DNA from: Lama glama
Lineage: Eukaryota
DNA length: 64,000 nt
Reading direction: 5' to 3'
Assembly (NCBI GenBank): GCA_028534125.1
Contig: CM052817.1
Span: 63,800,001 to 63,864,000 of the forward strand
Under the pieces are notes generated by a model. That model saw nothing but the letters and a program-made list of their open reading frames with translations, searched no databases and was not told where the DNA came from. The position numbers and the translations under genes are program-made. Below are positions 25,204 through 38,455 of this stretch, one piece after another. Within the stretch, counting starts at the first letter, position 1; each line of letters starts with the position of its first letter.

Positions 25204-28084
25204 AAAAGACAATCTGATTTTTAAAAAACACATTCACAGGCTCTGGAGATTATGGGATAGGCATTTTGGAGGGGTGAAGTAGGGGGACGGTAGGGCGTTA
25301 TTTTCTCTACAAAACCTATGATTTATGACAATTAGTTATTCACCACTCACAATATTCAAAACATAGCATTACTCAAATTCTATCAATGCATAGTCTCTAA
25401 GTAACTATGAAGTACAGCTGATGGTCCTGCTTTAAAAAGAAAAAGCAAAGCAGACCTTTGAAGATGTGTTTTTATTATTTCTTACTGACATAAGTTCACT
25501 TCAATTTGTATTTAATAAAACCTTGTGGTTGAGGTATAAGAACTATTCTGAAAAGGTGCACTGAGATGGAAAACTGTCTTTCTGAACCTTTTCCTACACT
25601 AAAAAAAATAAAATTCACAGTATAGTTCCAACAGATAGGAAATGTTAAAATCTCTGAAAGCTTGTATCCTGCAATGAATTTAATTTAATCGATACAAAAT
25701 AACCTACTGGAAAATACCGTTCAAGAGGCCATGCTGAACAATGAATTTCATTTCTAGAGAAATAAACGGGCTAAGAGTACAACTATTATCTCTACTTCAT
25801 ACACTACATTTGATGTTATGATTTTATGTAACACCATTTTTCTGCCTAGTACTGAATGCAATTTTAAAGTTGTCAAAGTCAACAATACTTTACAATACAA
25901 ATAATCTCTATGATATATAGTCTATATCACATTGTAGTCTCAAGCTGATAGTTTTCCTTTCAAATTTTTTACAAATAATCTTATTTTGCTTATTATATTC
26001 AATTAAGAAAGATTAGGCACTTAATACTTTTACTATTATCAGGATTGTGAAACATATAAATAGGACTATTGTGAAATTATCAAGATAGTAATCATATAAA
26101 AAACTATTCTTGCAAGGTGACCTCAGTATACAGGAGCCTGTTTTTTTTTTCCTGCAAATACACATATTATGATGTACTTTATAAATTGTGTGAATTGCGT
26201 TTTTTGAAAATAAATAGACCTATATACCCAATTCTACAATGTTGTTTACCAAGACTAACCTTTTAAAATAAAACTAAATTCATATTACACATCACGTTTC
26301 TAGAGAAACTACTTTGCTAACTGTATGAAATGTATATATCATAAAATTCAACTAGTCCAGAGACATCAGAGCAATAATGAATAGAGCTTGAATACTATCC
26401 TAGTGATATCAACTCTAAAAGTGACAGTTACTAGACACCTGGAAGTAGCTCCTAAACAATAGTAACAACGAAGTAACAACTGTCAGGTTTAAGATGCATA
26501 CTCTAGAAATGAAAAAGTGTGTGTGTGTGTGTGTATCATATATATGTATCATATATATGATATATGTATCACATTTTTATGAGTATGAAAAATTCCTGAG
26601 ACTGAAAGCAGGTAAGATTGAAGGAAACCTCAGTCTAGAGCATGCACTGAAGGAGCAAAAAGCATGCAGGATAGAACTCAGAGAGAACTGACAGGGTTGT
26701 TATCTGAACAAGAACAATTAGGCACTACCACTTCTCTCTCCTGAGAAGCCAGATAAGCCTGGTCCTGTGCTGGGCCACAGGAGGCGGGGAGGGTGACAAG
26801 AACAGAGGGAGTAAGTGGAAAGACAAAGACACAGGCGAGTGTCTCAGATGGCTAGTGAAACACAGAAGATAAGGACCAAATGTCACAGTACCCCATTTAT
26901 TGGCACATATTAACTATCTCTCCTTCTCACTGGAAACAGTTCAGAGAGCAAGCCCTAACAGCAACAGCTCCTCCCCTTAGCCCAGCGAGCTGCACCAGCA
27001 CAGACACTCTAGAGTCTAATAACTGTGTGACCATGTGTCCTAGTTTTGCCAGAACTTCGGTCTGTGTAGTTCTGGTGTCCCATCCAACCTAGCATTTATT
27101 TTGAAAATAACAGCCAGGTTTGAAAGATCTATAAATGCTCTACCTAGCAAGAAATCTCAACTACAAAAATGAGCACAAAATCAAGTTCTGACAAACATTT
27201 GAAGAAAGACAACTCAATTACAAGGATATTGCTAAAAACTCATAACCAAAGAATTAAAGTGAAAAGATCATTCAGAATAATTTAAAACCAGAATATTTAA
27301 TGTCCCAAGAGAGAGAAGCTAGTATCTGTAAAAGATTAGAAAATGTTGGATCAAATAAAAAGACTTTTATGAAAAATACAAATAGAGGTAGAAATAACTT
27401 CTCAGATTGTAGAACAAAAATGTAAATACATGGCTTGAGTAGGAGAATCAAAGTTTTTGTATGAGTTAGCTGGAAAAGGGCCAAATTATGCTCCAAGAAC
27501 TTACAGTAAAGACATCAAGAGTTACAATATACTGAAAGGAAAAGTGATCTGGAGGCTAGAAGTTCCAACATTAGCTAGCAACAAATAAAATAAAATATAA
27601 AATAAAATAAGAAGCCTGCGGAGTCAATACGAGAAGAAATAATTGCTGGGAGTGAGAGAATGGCACATGAACTCAGACTGAAAGGGCTCAGCCAGGTCCA
27701 AACAGAACAAATAAAACAAATAAGCAGGTAAACAAATAAAACCCTCATATCTATTGAAATTAATAAAAAATAAGGGCAAAGAAAAATTCCTGAATGATTA
27801 CAAGAGGTAAAAATTACATTAACAGAGGAATGCAAGAGAAGACCACTAAGCAATGTGAAAGACAAAGAGATCTCAAAAACAGGTAGAGAAGACAGATTAT
27901 CTAAAAAAGATGACAGCCTGATGACTGAATTGTCAGCTGTGGTAATGGAAGTTTGAAGTCAGTGGAAGGACTCCTTAAACTGCTCAGAGAAATTAAGTAT
28001 CAAATAAAATTATATAGCCAGCAAAACTATATTACCACTAGAAGGATGGAATTAAGATAATTTTACATGTTTTCTAAGTTAATT

Positions 28085-28925
28085 TTTTCAAAATTGAGCT
28101 CCTAATAATCTTCCCCAAATCATCATCTCTTACAATTGCTTTCATCTCAGTTAATGGCAAATCTCCCCTGGAAGTTGTTTGGATCTAAATCTCTTAAGTC
28201 ATCCTTGGCTTCTCCCTTGTCCCACAGTCTACATCAGAATCAATGGCATATCCTATCAGCTTTACCTTCAAAAAAATACCTAGACTGTGACACTTCTCAC
28301 CACTCTCACTGCCAACATTCTCCTCCATCATCTCTTACTGATATGGCAATAGCCTATTAATTGCTTTTATTTTTGTTCCTCTCCAGTCTATAGCATATAA
28401 AGTGAAGCTGCTAAAAAAGATCTTATCAACTGTCATTTCAAAACCCTCTAATAGCCTTCCATCTCACCATAAAGCACGACCTATCAAGCCAGGTGTTACT
28501 GAGATATACATTACATCTCTGGGCACATCTACTAATCTCCAAATAACTTATTTCTACTATAGCCTTACTGGCTTCCTTGCTATATCTTAAACCTGCCAGG
28601 CTCTCGTGTAGAATCTGTTCCCTTTGTCTGCAATGCTTTTTCATTAGATACTATCATATTCCCTCAGTTCTTCTGGTCTTGATTCAAAAGCCAGCTTCCC
28701 AGGAAGGTCTTCCCTAACTGCACTACCTAAAATTTCATACCATACTTTTCCTGCTTTATTTTTTTCTCCTACACAATGTAACACACTACTTACTATATAT
28801 TTTATGTTTTATCTTGCATATTACCTGTCTCTCTAGAATTTTAGCTCCATGAGAGCAGAGATTTGTATATATATTACTTTATGCCCAGTACACAACGTGT
28901 ACTGGTATGGAAGAATGAATGAAAG
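28085..28925 (+). mobile_element. L2 (L2a-like), about 840 bp, nested in the old L1 ORF1
   Basis: catctcagttaatggcaa, tcagctttaccttcaaaaaatac, cacttctcaccactctcactgcca, tctagaattttagctccatgagagcagag and a gaatgaatgaa tail. Confidence 0.85.
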
Positions 28926-29305
28926 CATTTATCACTGTAAGTCTGTAACTAAAGGGGTTTCCAAAAGATACACTTCAATAAGAAGGAAAATGACCCTAGG
29001 AGAAATGTCTGAGATGCAAAAAAAAAAAAAAAAAAAACTGAAGAAAATAATAAATATGCGTGAATCTAAACAGCAGTTTATTGCATAAGACAATTTGTAA
29101 GGTTAAAGAAAAGTAAACAAGTTAAGGCATTGTTCAGGAGAGCAAAGATCTGTAGGCAATCTAAACTTTATTAAGTAAGTGTGCATGTAGGAACACCAAG
29201 GGTATTCTCTAAAACAGCAAAAATAGAATATATAGGTTCCAAACCAGTAAAGCAAACAGATGAAATAGGGATGGAGGTAGAAGTTGGTAGGAGGGCCTTG
29301 AATCA

Positions 29306-29364
29306 GGAAGGAAGGAAGGAAGGAAGGAAGGAAGGAAGGAAGGAAGGAAGGAAGGAAGGAAGGA

Positions 29365-29424
<60 letters not shown>

Positions 29425-29425
29425 A
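29306..29425. repeat. Compound microsatellite (GGAA)15(AGAA)15
   Basis: Counted directly: GGAA 29306-29365, AGAA 29366-29425. Confidence 0.95.
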
Positions 29426-32400
29426 ACTGCAAGCAAGAAGGAAAACAAGGAAATACAGAAAATAATAGAAAAAAAGAGATTTAACAACCTGGTTATCAAA
29501 ATAAAATACACTTATCTCCTGAATATTAGTAACAAGAGACAACCACTACAAACATGGTCAGAAAATAGCTGAAAGTAAAAGGATGAAGAATGATATACCA
29601 GACAAATTTTAACTAAAAACAAAAAAAGGCTGATATACCTAAAATGCATGAGTAGAGATAAAGAGGGTCATTATAACATGATAAAAGGTTCAGTTTAACA
29701 GAAAGCTATAATTTATTGTCACCTAACAGTATTGATTCAAAAATTATTAAGTAAAAATTAAACAGACCATGAAGAGTAATTGTAAAATATATCATTACAA
29801 TGGGACTTTTTGACATGCCACTCAAAGTAATTAATATATTAAGCAAGATGTAAAAGATATGAAAAATTTCATTAATAAGTTTAAACTAGCTGACAACTGT
29901 AGAGCATTATATCCAATTGCTGACAAATACGTTATTTTCAAATGTAAATGGAACATTTACAAAAGTAGTACGTACTTAGCTACATACCAATCCTTAAGAG
30001 ATTCCCAAAACTGAGCAGCAGATAGATCATATCTACTGACTACAAAACTTACAATTCAGTTAAGAATCAATTACCAAAAAACACTATGATTTTTTAATAA
30101 GGCTGCAAACATTTGGAAAATTTAAAACACTATTTTAAATAACATAGGCCAAAGAAGGTATGATAAAGTAAATTAGGATACATTTAGAACTGAATGATAC
30201 TGAAAACATCATAAGCAAAGAGAAGTAGCATTAATTAATTAATTAATTAATTATTGTTGTTTAAGCCACTGAGATTTTAAAATTGTTCGTTTACATACAG
30301 AGCAATAGCTGATTAAAAACTACCCAAATCTTTTTTCTTGAAGCCAGAAAGAAACAAACAAAATCTGATAATAAAAACTGACAAGAAAATTTCAAGGATA
30401 TTACAGGCTAACCTCATTATAATAGATGTGCAATATCCACTGAGATGATACCATAGATCTAATTGCAAAACAATAAAATGTCTATAAAAATTATTTAAGA
30501 ACTATAAGAATTCTTAAATTGATGCTAAAATCTGTAACTAAAGGGAAAAAAATGAATAAATTTGATATTGAAATTACGTTACGTTCATCAATAGAAATCA
30601 TTAAGTAAAAGTCAAATCACAGAAGAGACATGTTTATAGTAGGTATAATTATCAAATACAGCCATAATTTTTAAGAACTACTACAAGTCAATAAAAAATA
30701 ATCTAATAGATAAATAGGCAAGAGACTTTAAAAGGCAGTTTACAACAGGTTATCCAAATACCCAGAAACTATATGGCAAAAGTATTAAACTTCAATAGCC
30801 ACCAGGAAAATGCATATTAAAGACTCAATTAAATACTCCTAAAGCATGACTAGCATTTAAAAAAAAAATGACAATATCATGTGTGTTGGTGAGATTATAG
30901 AGCAACTGCAATCCTAGGTATATAATTAAGGGAAATGTATATTTATGTGCACTAAAAAATATCTATAAAAATGTCCACTGTAACAGTATTCATAAAAGCA
31001 CTAAACCAGAAACACCCCAAATTTCCACTAGTAATAAAATGGATAAAGAAGTTGTGATGTATTCTTATATTGAGAATGAACTAATTCTCAGGTAGTAACT
31101 GCTGCTCCCTGCAACAACAAGGATTACAGTCTACAAACCATAAGGTTGAATGAAAGAAGACAAGCACAAAACAGCACTCACATATTCAATTTACACATAA
31201 GTTGAAACAGTGAAAACAAATTAATGGTGTCTGAAGTCAGAAGAGTGGTTATTTTGGGGCGCTGGTACTGATTAAGAGAGTAAGAGGAGGGTTAAGGAAT
31301 GCTTGTAACGTTCTATTTCTTTATTTGATAATGGTTACATGGGTGTTTCATCTAATGAAAACACACTGAGATAGGAATTAATAATTTTGTACTTTTCTAT
31401 AATTTTTTAATGCAATAAATGTTTTTTATTATAAAAATGCATGGTGTGAAGGCTTTTGATCATAATTAGCAGGTAAAACAATAAGGCCTTATTGCCTCCT
31501 GGAAATATGAATTTAATATTTCTCTTATTGCTTTGTAATATATTTATAATAAAAATTATATATGATTCCCAAAATGCTAAGATATGGACACATTGAATCT
31601 ATGGTGACATAATTTAGCTTTATGTGTAAAAAGAAGGCTTTTTAAATATATTTTCAATATACGAGCATTCCTTAGAATTCCACATTTCATTACATTTCCT
31701 CAAAATGCAAATCACTCTGTAATGAAGAATAATCTGCACATATAATCAGAAGTTCAGACAACGAAACCTTCTAACATCATCAAATAATGTTTTAAGAGAA
31801 CTGTAATGTATTCAGGTAACCAATGCTGACTCTACAAAGTGCGCTGCAAAAAAATCAATTTTTATCACTTGAAATCTATTGCAATTAGAGAGCAATGCCA
31901 AGTCACTGACACACTAATGGGTTTCAAAATATTTCAGAAAGAACAAGGAAATTGCTAAGTGTTTTAATTGAAATGCAGTTTCAATAAGTATAACAAATTG
32001 CATAATATAAGCTTTCTGTAAAGCTACCATATAAAACTATCATATAATATACAGTGTCGAGTTTTAATAAATTTGCAGATCATCTATATACAAATTATAT
32101 AACAATTATCCTACACTGAACTACTTAAAATCTTTTACTATACATTCTAATTTGAAAGGAATTGTTTTCCCATGTTCCAAGTGTTTCAATTTCAATTCAC
32201 TTTTAGAACAATAGTGTAGCATTTCCAAAGAGGATCTGCTCCACAAAATCCAACATGGCTTGCTTTAAAAGAACGTTATATTTGACTAACATATTTTTCA
32301 TGTATTCAACTGCAACGTTATCCTATATGGAAATGATTAAATTTAAATTAGGAATTGGGTTTTCTGATTCCTGGGGTGTTAAATTAATATTCGAAAATCA

Positions 32401-33077
32401 TAATTTCTGAGAAAATATGTTGTAATAACTAGATATAAAACGTAGAAACACTTCAAGAATATCATACTCTTCAGTTTTCACATTTCTCCCTAGTCCCTTA
32501 ACTTTGTCTTCTTGTTACTTAGTTTGTGGCCTTTCATCCTTTGATTCTTCTTATTTCTATGACTGTATCTCCTGGGCTTAGAAGGAACATCTCCCTCTCC
32601 AACAAATACATACATTCCTACACTTTGCTATCATTCGACCAAGTCAAGATTTGTCTTCCTCCTTCCCTTCTCACCGTTCCTTCCTCCTTCCTACACCTCT
32701 TCCCCAACCCTAATGCTTACATCACATTATTCTCAACAAAACCCTTTCATTTTGGAACTGTCTTTCAAAGACTAGTACAGCTTGTGCCTGGTGCATTCAG
32801 ATTTCTTTCAGCCAACAATATACAAGCTGTGGGGAATATGTAAATCAGACGGGAATCAAGGATATAGTTTGGCCAGTGAAACAGCTGGGTACTAGTCAGA
32901 ATTTAAATTACAACAAATAGAACTCATTTTAAACTCTCCGTACCCCCAAATTTCTTTCTTTTTTCTTTCTCCTTTAAGATTCACTTCCGTATAGTAAGGC
33001 ATGAGAAAAGCAGAACAGAGATGGTCTCACATTATTTTTTACTTTCTCCACAGCGCAGTGGCCACTCCATCTACTAG

Positions 33078-33280
33078 CAGGTTTGTAGGGGATGTGGGGA
33101 GGGGCTATGGGAGTTATTGTTTAATGAGTACAGAGTTTCAGTTTTACAAGATAAAACAGTTCTAAAGATGAATGCGGGTGACGGTTGAACATTATAAACA
33201 TTTAATACCACTGAACTGTGCACTTAAAATGGTTAAGATGATCAATTTTATGTCATGTGTATTTTGCTACAATGCAAAAA
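33078..33280 (+). mobile_element. L1 3' terminus (L1MB-like)
   Basis: gggagttattgtttaatgagtacagagtttcagtttt ... ccactgaactgtgcacttaaaatggttaagatg. Confidence 0.85.
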
Positions 33281-34287
33281 AAGAGAGAAATAGAACTTAA
33301 TAACCAGTATGCTAACAGATACTGTTCCCACCCATTAAAAAGAGTACAGTTAAATTTCCACTTGCCATCAATATCATCCCATCCTTTGTAGCTTTTAACT
33401 CTAGAGATAATGCTTCTTTTTTTCTCAAGAAAATAAGACTTGAGGGCATTTACTCCTAATAAAACTGGTTCCATCAATAATAAAAGTCTAATCTGAGGTA
33501 AAGACTCCATGAATCAAAGTTTGTCTTGAGGGGGGGTGGTTTGGCTTTTTAATACAAAGAGAAATGTCTTTGCAACCTCTTTAACTGTTCCCTTAGCTTC
33601 CTTAAAATCTTAGCATGGTGAAAAGTGTAGCAGGTCAGTGACCAAAAGCACCAAGGCACAAGTGTGCAATCTTCATATAGTGCTAAGTCTTTATCTTTAA
33701 TCATAAAAAAGCTTGATAATGGTTGCCTAAAAACTAGTACAACATTATAGATCAACTATACTTCAATAAAAATAATTTTTAAAAAAGAATGCAAAGATCA
33801 AATTATATATAAAAATACATTTACATATATATATTACTTCTTTATATATTACCAGCTCATTACTTGCAATGGCCTAAAATTCAAAGTACTTATAACCTGT
33901 TATACTGAGTCATGATTTTCAAGTGTCTTATTCCTACCTGCATATTTTATACTAGTTTATAGAGTTAATACTATTCTCTATTTCCTTCAAACTTAGAGAA
34001 ATGTTTTTGATAAGTTAAATTATGTTTAAAATCTGTTCTATGTCTATTTCTAAAATTGGAAACTATAAAAGTAAATTTTATCCACTATGTTCATAATTAT
34101 TTTGCATAATGAATTAGAATAAATGATTTGAACATTGGGTTGGGTTACATGGGTTTTCAACTACACTAAAACATTAGCTGATTTGACAGTTATAAAAACT
34201 ACTTAGAAGTTTTTTAAAAACCTATACAACAAAATATATGTCTAGTCTTTATTTTTCCCTCCTCCTCACATGAACCTCTGAAAATCG

Positions 34288-34450
34288 TAATGCCGAGAGC
34301 TCGGTTCTATGCCCTCTTTTCTTACTGATTTCCCTAGCAGATCTCCTGCAGTCTCATGGATTTAATGTTATCTATACTAAATGATTCTCTATTTTTCATT
34401 TTCAGCCTCAATCTCATCCCTGAAGTTTATAATTTGTATACCCAAATTGC
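34288..34450 (+). mobile_element. L2 RT-region fragment
   Basis: gatctcctgcagtctcatggatttaa ... atgattctctattttt ... tatacccaaattgc. Confidence 0.5.
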
Positions 34451-34503
34451 AATTTAAAATTCAAATACTTTTTTTAATATTTGTACACTTGATTATATGT
34501 AAA

Positions 34504-35269
34504 TTTTTTAATTGAAGTATAGTCAGCTTACAATTTTGTGTCAATTTCTAGTGTACAGCATAATGTTTCAGTCATATATATACATACATATATTCCTTTT
34601 CATACCATTTTTCATTATAGGTTACAAGATATTGAATATCTATGCTATACAGTAGAAACTTGTTGTTTACCTATTTTACATATAGTAGTTAGTACCTGCA
34701 AATTCTGAATTCCTCATTTATCCCTCCACCCACCTTTTCCTCCTAGTAACTGTGTTTGTGTTCTGAGTCTGTTTCTATTTTGTAAATAAGTTCATTTGTG
34801 TCCCTTTTTTTTTAGATTCCACATATGAGTGATATCAAATAGTATCTTTCTCTTTCTTGCTTACTTCACTTAGAATGATGATCTCCAGGTCCATCCATGT
34901 TGCTGTAAATGGCATTGTTTTATCATTTTTAATGGCTGAGTAGTATTTCATTGTATAATATACCACAACTTCTTTATCCAGTTGTCTGTTAATGGATATT
35001 TAGGTTGTTTCTATGTCTTGGCTATTGTAAATAGTGCTGCTATGAACATTGGGATGCATGTATCTTTTTGAATTTGATTCCCTCTGGATATATATGCCCA
35101 GGAGTAGAACTGCTGGGTCATATGGTAAGTCTATTTTTAGTTTTCTGAGGAATCACCCTACTGTTTTCCATAACGGCTGCACCAAACTACATTCCCACCA
35201 ACAATGTAGGAGGGTTACCTTTTCTCTACACCCTCTCTAGCATTATCATTTGTGCACTTTTTAATGATG
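34504..35269 (-). mobile_element. Camelid-lineage L1 3' end
   Basis: ttttttaattgaagtatagtcagcttacaa...tgtacagcataatgtttcagtcat; the reverse complement aligns by eye with 61386-62200. Confidence 0.92.
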
Positions 35270-36981
35270 TAGGCTTCACTTCTAAATCTAGTTCTCTCAC
35301 TATTGCCATCTCTGCAGTTTCTTCCTCCACTGAAGTCTTGAACCCCTCAAAGTCAGCCATGAAGACTGGAATCAACTTCTTCCAAACTCCTCTTAATGCT
35401 GGTATTTTCAACTCTCCCCATTAATCACAAATATTCTACATGGTATCTGGGAAGATAAATTCCTTCTTGAAGGTTTTTAATTGACTTTGCCCAGATCCAT
35501 CAGGCGAATCGCTATCTATGGCAGTTATTCCTTACAAAATGTATTTCTTAAATAATAAAACTGGAAAGTTAAAATTACTCCTTGATCCATGGGCTACAAA
35601 ATGGATGTCGTGTTAGTAAGCAAAAAAAAGTATCATTAATCTCACTGTATATCTCCATCAGAGCCCTTGAGTGATCAGGTACATTGTCAATGAGCAGTAG
35701 TATTTTGAAAGGAATCTTTTTTTTTTCCTGAGAGGTAGGTCTCAACAGTGGGTTTAAACATTCAGCAAACCATGTTGTTACCAGATGTGCTGCCATCTAG
35801 GCTTTGTTATTCCATGTATAGAACACAGGCAGAATAGATGCAGCATAATTCTTAAGGGCCCTAGGGCCTAGGATTTTCAAAATGGTAAATAAGTATTACT
35901 TTCAACTTGAAGTCACCAGCTGCATTAGCCCCTCTCAAGAAGAGTCAGCCTGTCCTTTGAAGCTTTGAAGCCAGGCATTAATTCCTCCTCTCTAGCTATG
36001 AAAGTCCTAGAAAGCATCTTCTTCCAATAAGGGGCTGTTTTGTCTACATTAAAAATCTGTTGTTTTGTGTAGGCACCTTCATAAATTATCTTAGCTAGAT
36101 CTTCTGGATAACTTGCTGCAGCTTCTACTCGTTGCTTCATCTTGCACTTTTATGTTATGGAGATGACTTCTTTCCTTAAACGTCATCAGCCAACCTCTGT
36201 TAGCTTTACTCTTCCTCTGCGGCTTCCTCATCTCTCTCACCTTTACAGGGTTGAAGAGAGCCAGGGCATTGCTCTGGTTGAGGGTTAGACTTAAGGGAAT
36301 GTTGTGGCTAATTGATCCTCTATTCAGACTACTCAGGTTTTCTCCGTATCAGCAATAAGGCTGTTTAGCCTTTTTATCATTTGTATGTTCACTGTAGTAG
36401 CACTTTTAATTTCTTTAAAGAGCTTTCCTTTGCATTCACAACTTGGCTAATGGAGAAAGAGGCCTAGCTTCCAGTCTATTTCAGCTCTCAACATGCCTTT
36501 CTCACTAAGCTTGATCATTTCTAGCTTTTGATTTAAAGTTAGAGACGCGATATTTCCTTTCACTTGAACCCTTGTAGGTCACTGTAGGGTTATTAATCGG
36601 CTTGATTTTAATATTGTTTGGTCTCGGGCAATAGAGAGCCCTGATAGAGGGAGAGAGGTGGAGGAACTGCTGGTCAGTAGAGCAATCAGAACACACACAA
36701 CATTTATCAAGTGTTTGCCATCTTACATGGGTGCAGTTCATGGCGCTCCAAAACAATTACAATAGTAACATCAAAGATCACTGATTACAAATCACCATAA
36801 CAAATATAATGTGATAAAGTTTGAAATATTACCAAAATATGATACAGAGACAGGAAGGAGCTAAATGCAGTTGGAAAAATGGTGTGGACAGACTTGCTGG
36901 ACACAGCATTGCCACAAACCTTCAATTTGTTAAAAATGCAGTATCTGCAAAGTGCAGAGTAAAATAAAACAGGTATACCTG
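35270..36981 (-). mobile_element. Tigger1 (TcMar-Tigger), 5' TIR through most of the transposase, 3' end missing
   Basis: TIR end aataaaacaggtatacctg at 36981. Frameshifted DDE transposase remnants: [73 protein letters not shown]. Confidence 0.93.
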
Positions 36982-38309
36982 TCTTATCTCTATATATAAA
37001 ACCTATATAATTTCACTTATTTTCTACACCTTACCTCCCATATCAATAAACTAAGTCCATTTTTAACTTCAGACTGATTGTTACCCTTTATGTTATTAAA
37101 TATCTTGCATCAGTTCTTTCCTCCCCTTTTTTTGCATACTCAGTCCCTCTTCTCAAATGAAGCTTTTCCCAGTCTTCAAACATTCTTTCATATGCAAAAA
37201 GTGAATAATTCAAACAGCTAGTAATCTATACACAACATATAGGATAATTTTACCTATAACATAGTGCTTATTAATAAACTTATTAATATGCTTATTAATA
37301 AACTGATCATTCTCAAATTATATATAAGACTTTACTTGAAATATAGAGTACCCAAAAAGCAAAAATAACCTGAGATTAAAAACTAATGAAGTTAGCTCAT
37401 TTTCAGCAATAAAATTTCCATCATTTTAAATAAAGATAAAAATTAACAAATCCACAAAATTGATCTGATTTTTGCCTGCAGTCAGAATTATCTTGCATTT
37501 TAACAGCCCAAAAGCATTTCTGGAAGCCATAGAAAAACAGCAGAAAATTACATATTTACTGCAATATGTTAGGCAAGTGGGATGAACTGCATTTTGATAA
37601 ACTCCAAAGTATTTCTGAAGCTATAATATAACAAGCCACTGAGAAAACAGAATAACTCATTTTCACACTACACTGATTTTTATATCAAAGGTATCGCTTA
37701 TGTTTATTTAAAGTGAACAAAAATACCTTCATAGTGTATGTTCAATTAACTTCTAAGATGAATTATATTTGTTTCCTAAAGTAATTTCCCATGGGGATGT
37801 GATGTAGAAATCACGTTATTTTCATTAGAAATGATCTATACTTTCTACATAGAGTAAGTCTCAGTACCTGTTATGTTCAGCCTACAAATGTTGTCTCAGA
37901 TGCTATGTTTTGCTGAGTCTATCATTCATTGAAATACTTGATTTCAATTAAAATTGTGCTTTAAACTTCAATTGTTTTTCTTCATTTAAAAATCTTAAAT
38001 TTTTACTCACTATAAAGTAGTGAATGTTCATTTAGAGAAAACAATTAAAAATCGAAAAGCAAGCCAAAATCTTTAACAAGTCTGTTGTTTACTCACATAA
38101 TGCATTTTAAGTGAGGCCTTCACTGATAACATTTTTTAAACTGATGCAGGACACACAATGAGAGTTCAATCCTTTTCTCTTATTTTTCTCCCGAGCATTT
38201 ATAACCACCTGGTATTCATGCTTTTTCTTTCCCTTCCTTGGTTCCTTCCCTCTTTTCTCCCTCCCTTCCTTCCTTCATCTATCAATCCACTGATCTATTT
38301 CTTCATTCA

Positions 38310-38455
38310 TTTAGTAAATGTCTCAACCCTAAAATTTCATTCTGTGAAAGAACAATGTTTAGGTTTTGTTCACTGCTCTGTCACTAGCCCCTGGAACAGT
38401 GTCTAATACAGAAGAGGCTCTCAGTACATATTGTTAAATGACTGATCAAATGAAT
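38310..38455 (+). mobile_element. L2 3' terminus
   Basis: ttttgttcactgctctgtcactagcccctggaacagtgtctaatacagaagaggctctcagtacatattgttaaatgac. Confidence 0.7.

Larger units (their letters stand above)
27150..31430 (+). mobile_element. Ancient fragmented L1 (L1ME-like): ORF1, ORF2 5' part and 3' end
   Basis: ORF1 motifs (gaagtcagtggaagg, aattatatagccagcaaaactat), endonuclease-region motifs (agagataaagagggtcattataacatgataaaaggttca) and an L1ME-type 3' end (gaagtcagaagagtggtta...aacgttctatttctt). Confidence 0.65.

Noticed and set aside
29103..29542. ORFs with FLPS/FFLS/RKEG repeats
   Set aside because: Translations of the GGAA/AGAA microsatellite.
35226..36140. Domesticated TIGD1-like transposase gene
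   Set aside because: Broken into short frames by stops and frameshifts, and truncated by an L1.
37265..37304. Local duplication tgcttattaataaact x2 (similar short tandem copies near 4200, 7200, 12470, 52310, 58565)
   Set aside because: Ordinary slippage duplications with no spacer structure; not a CRISPR-like array.
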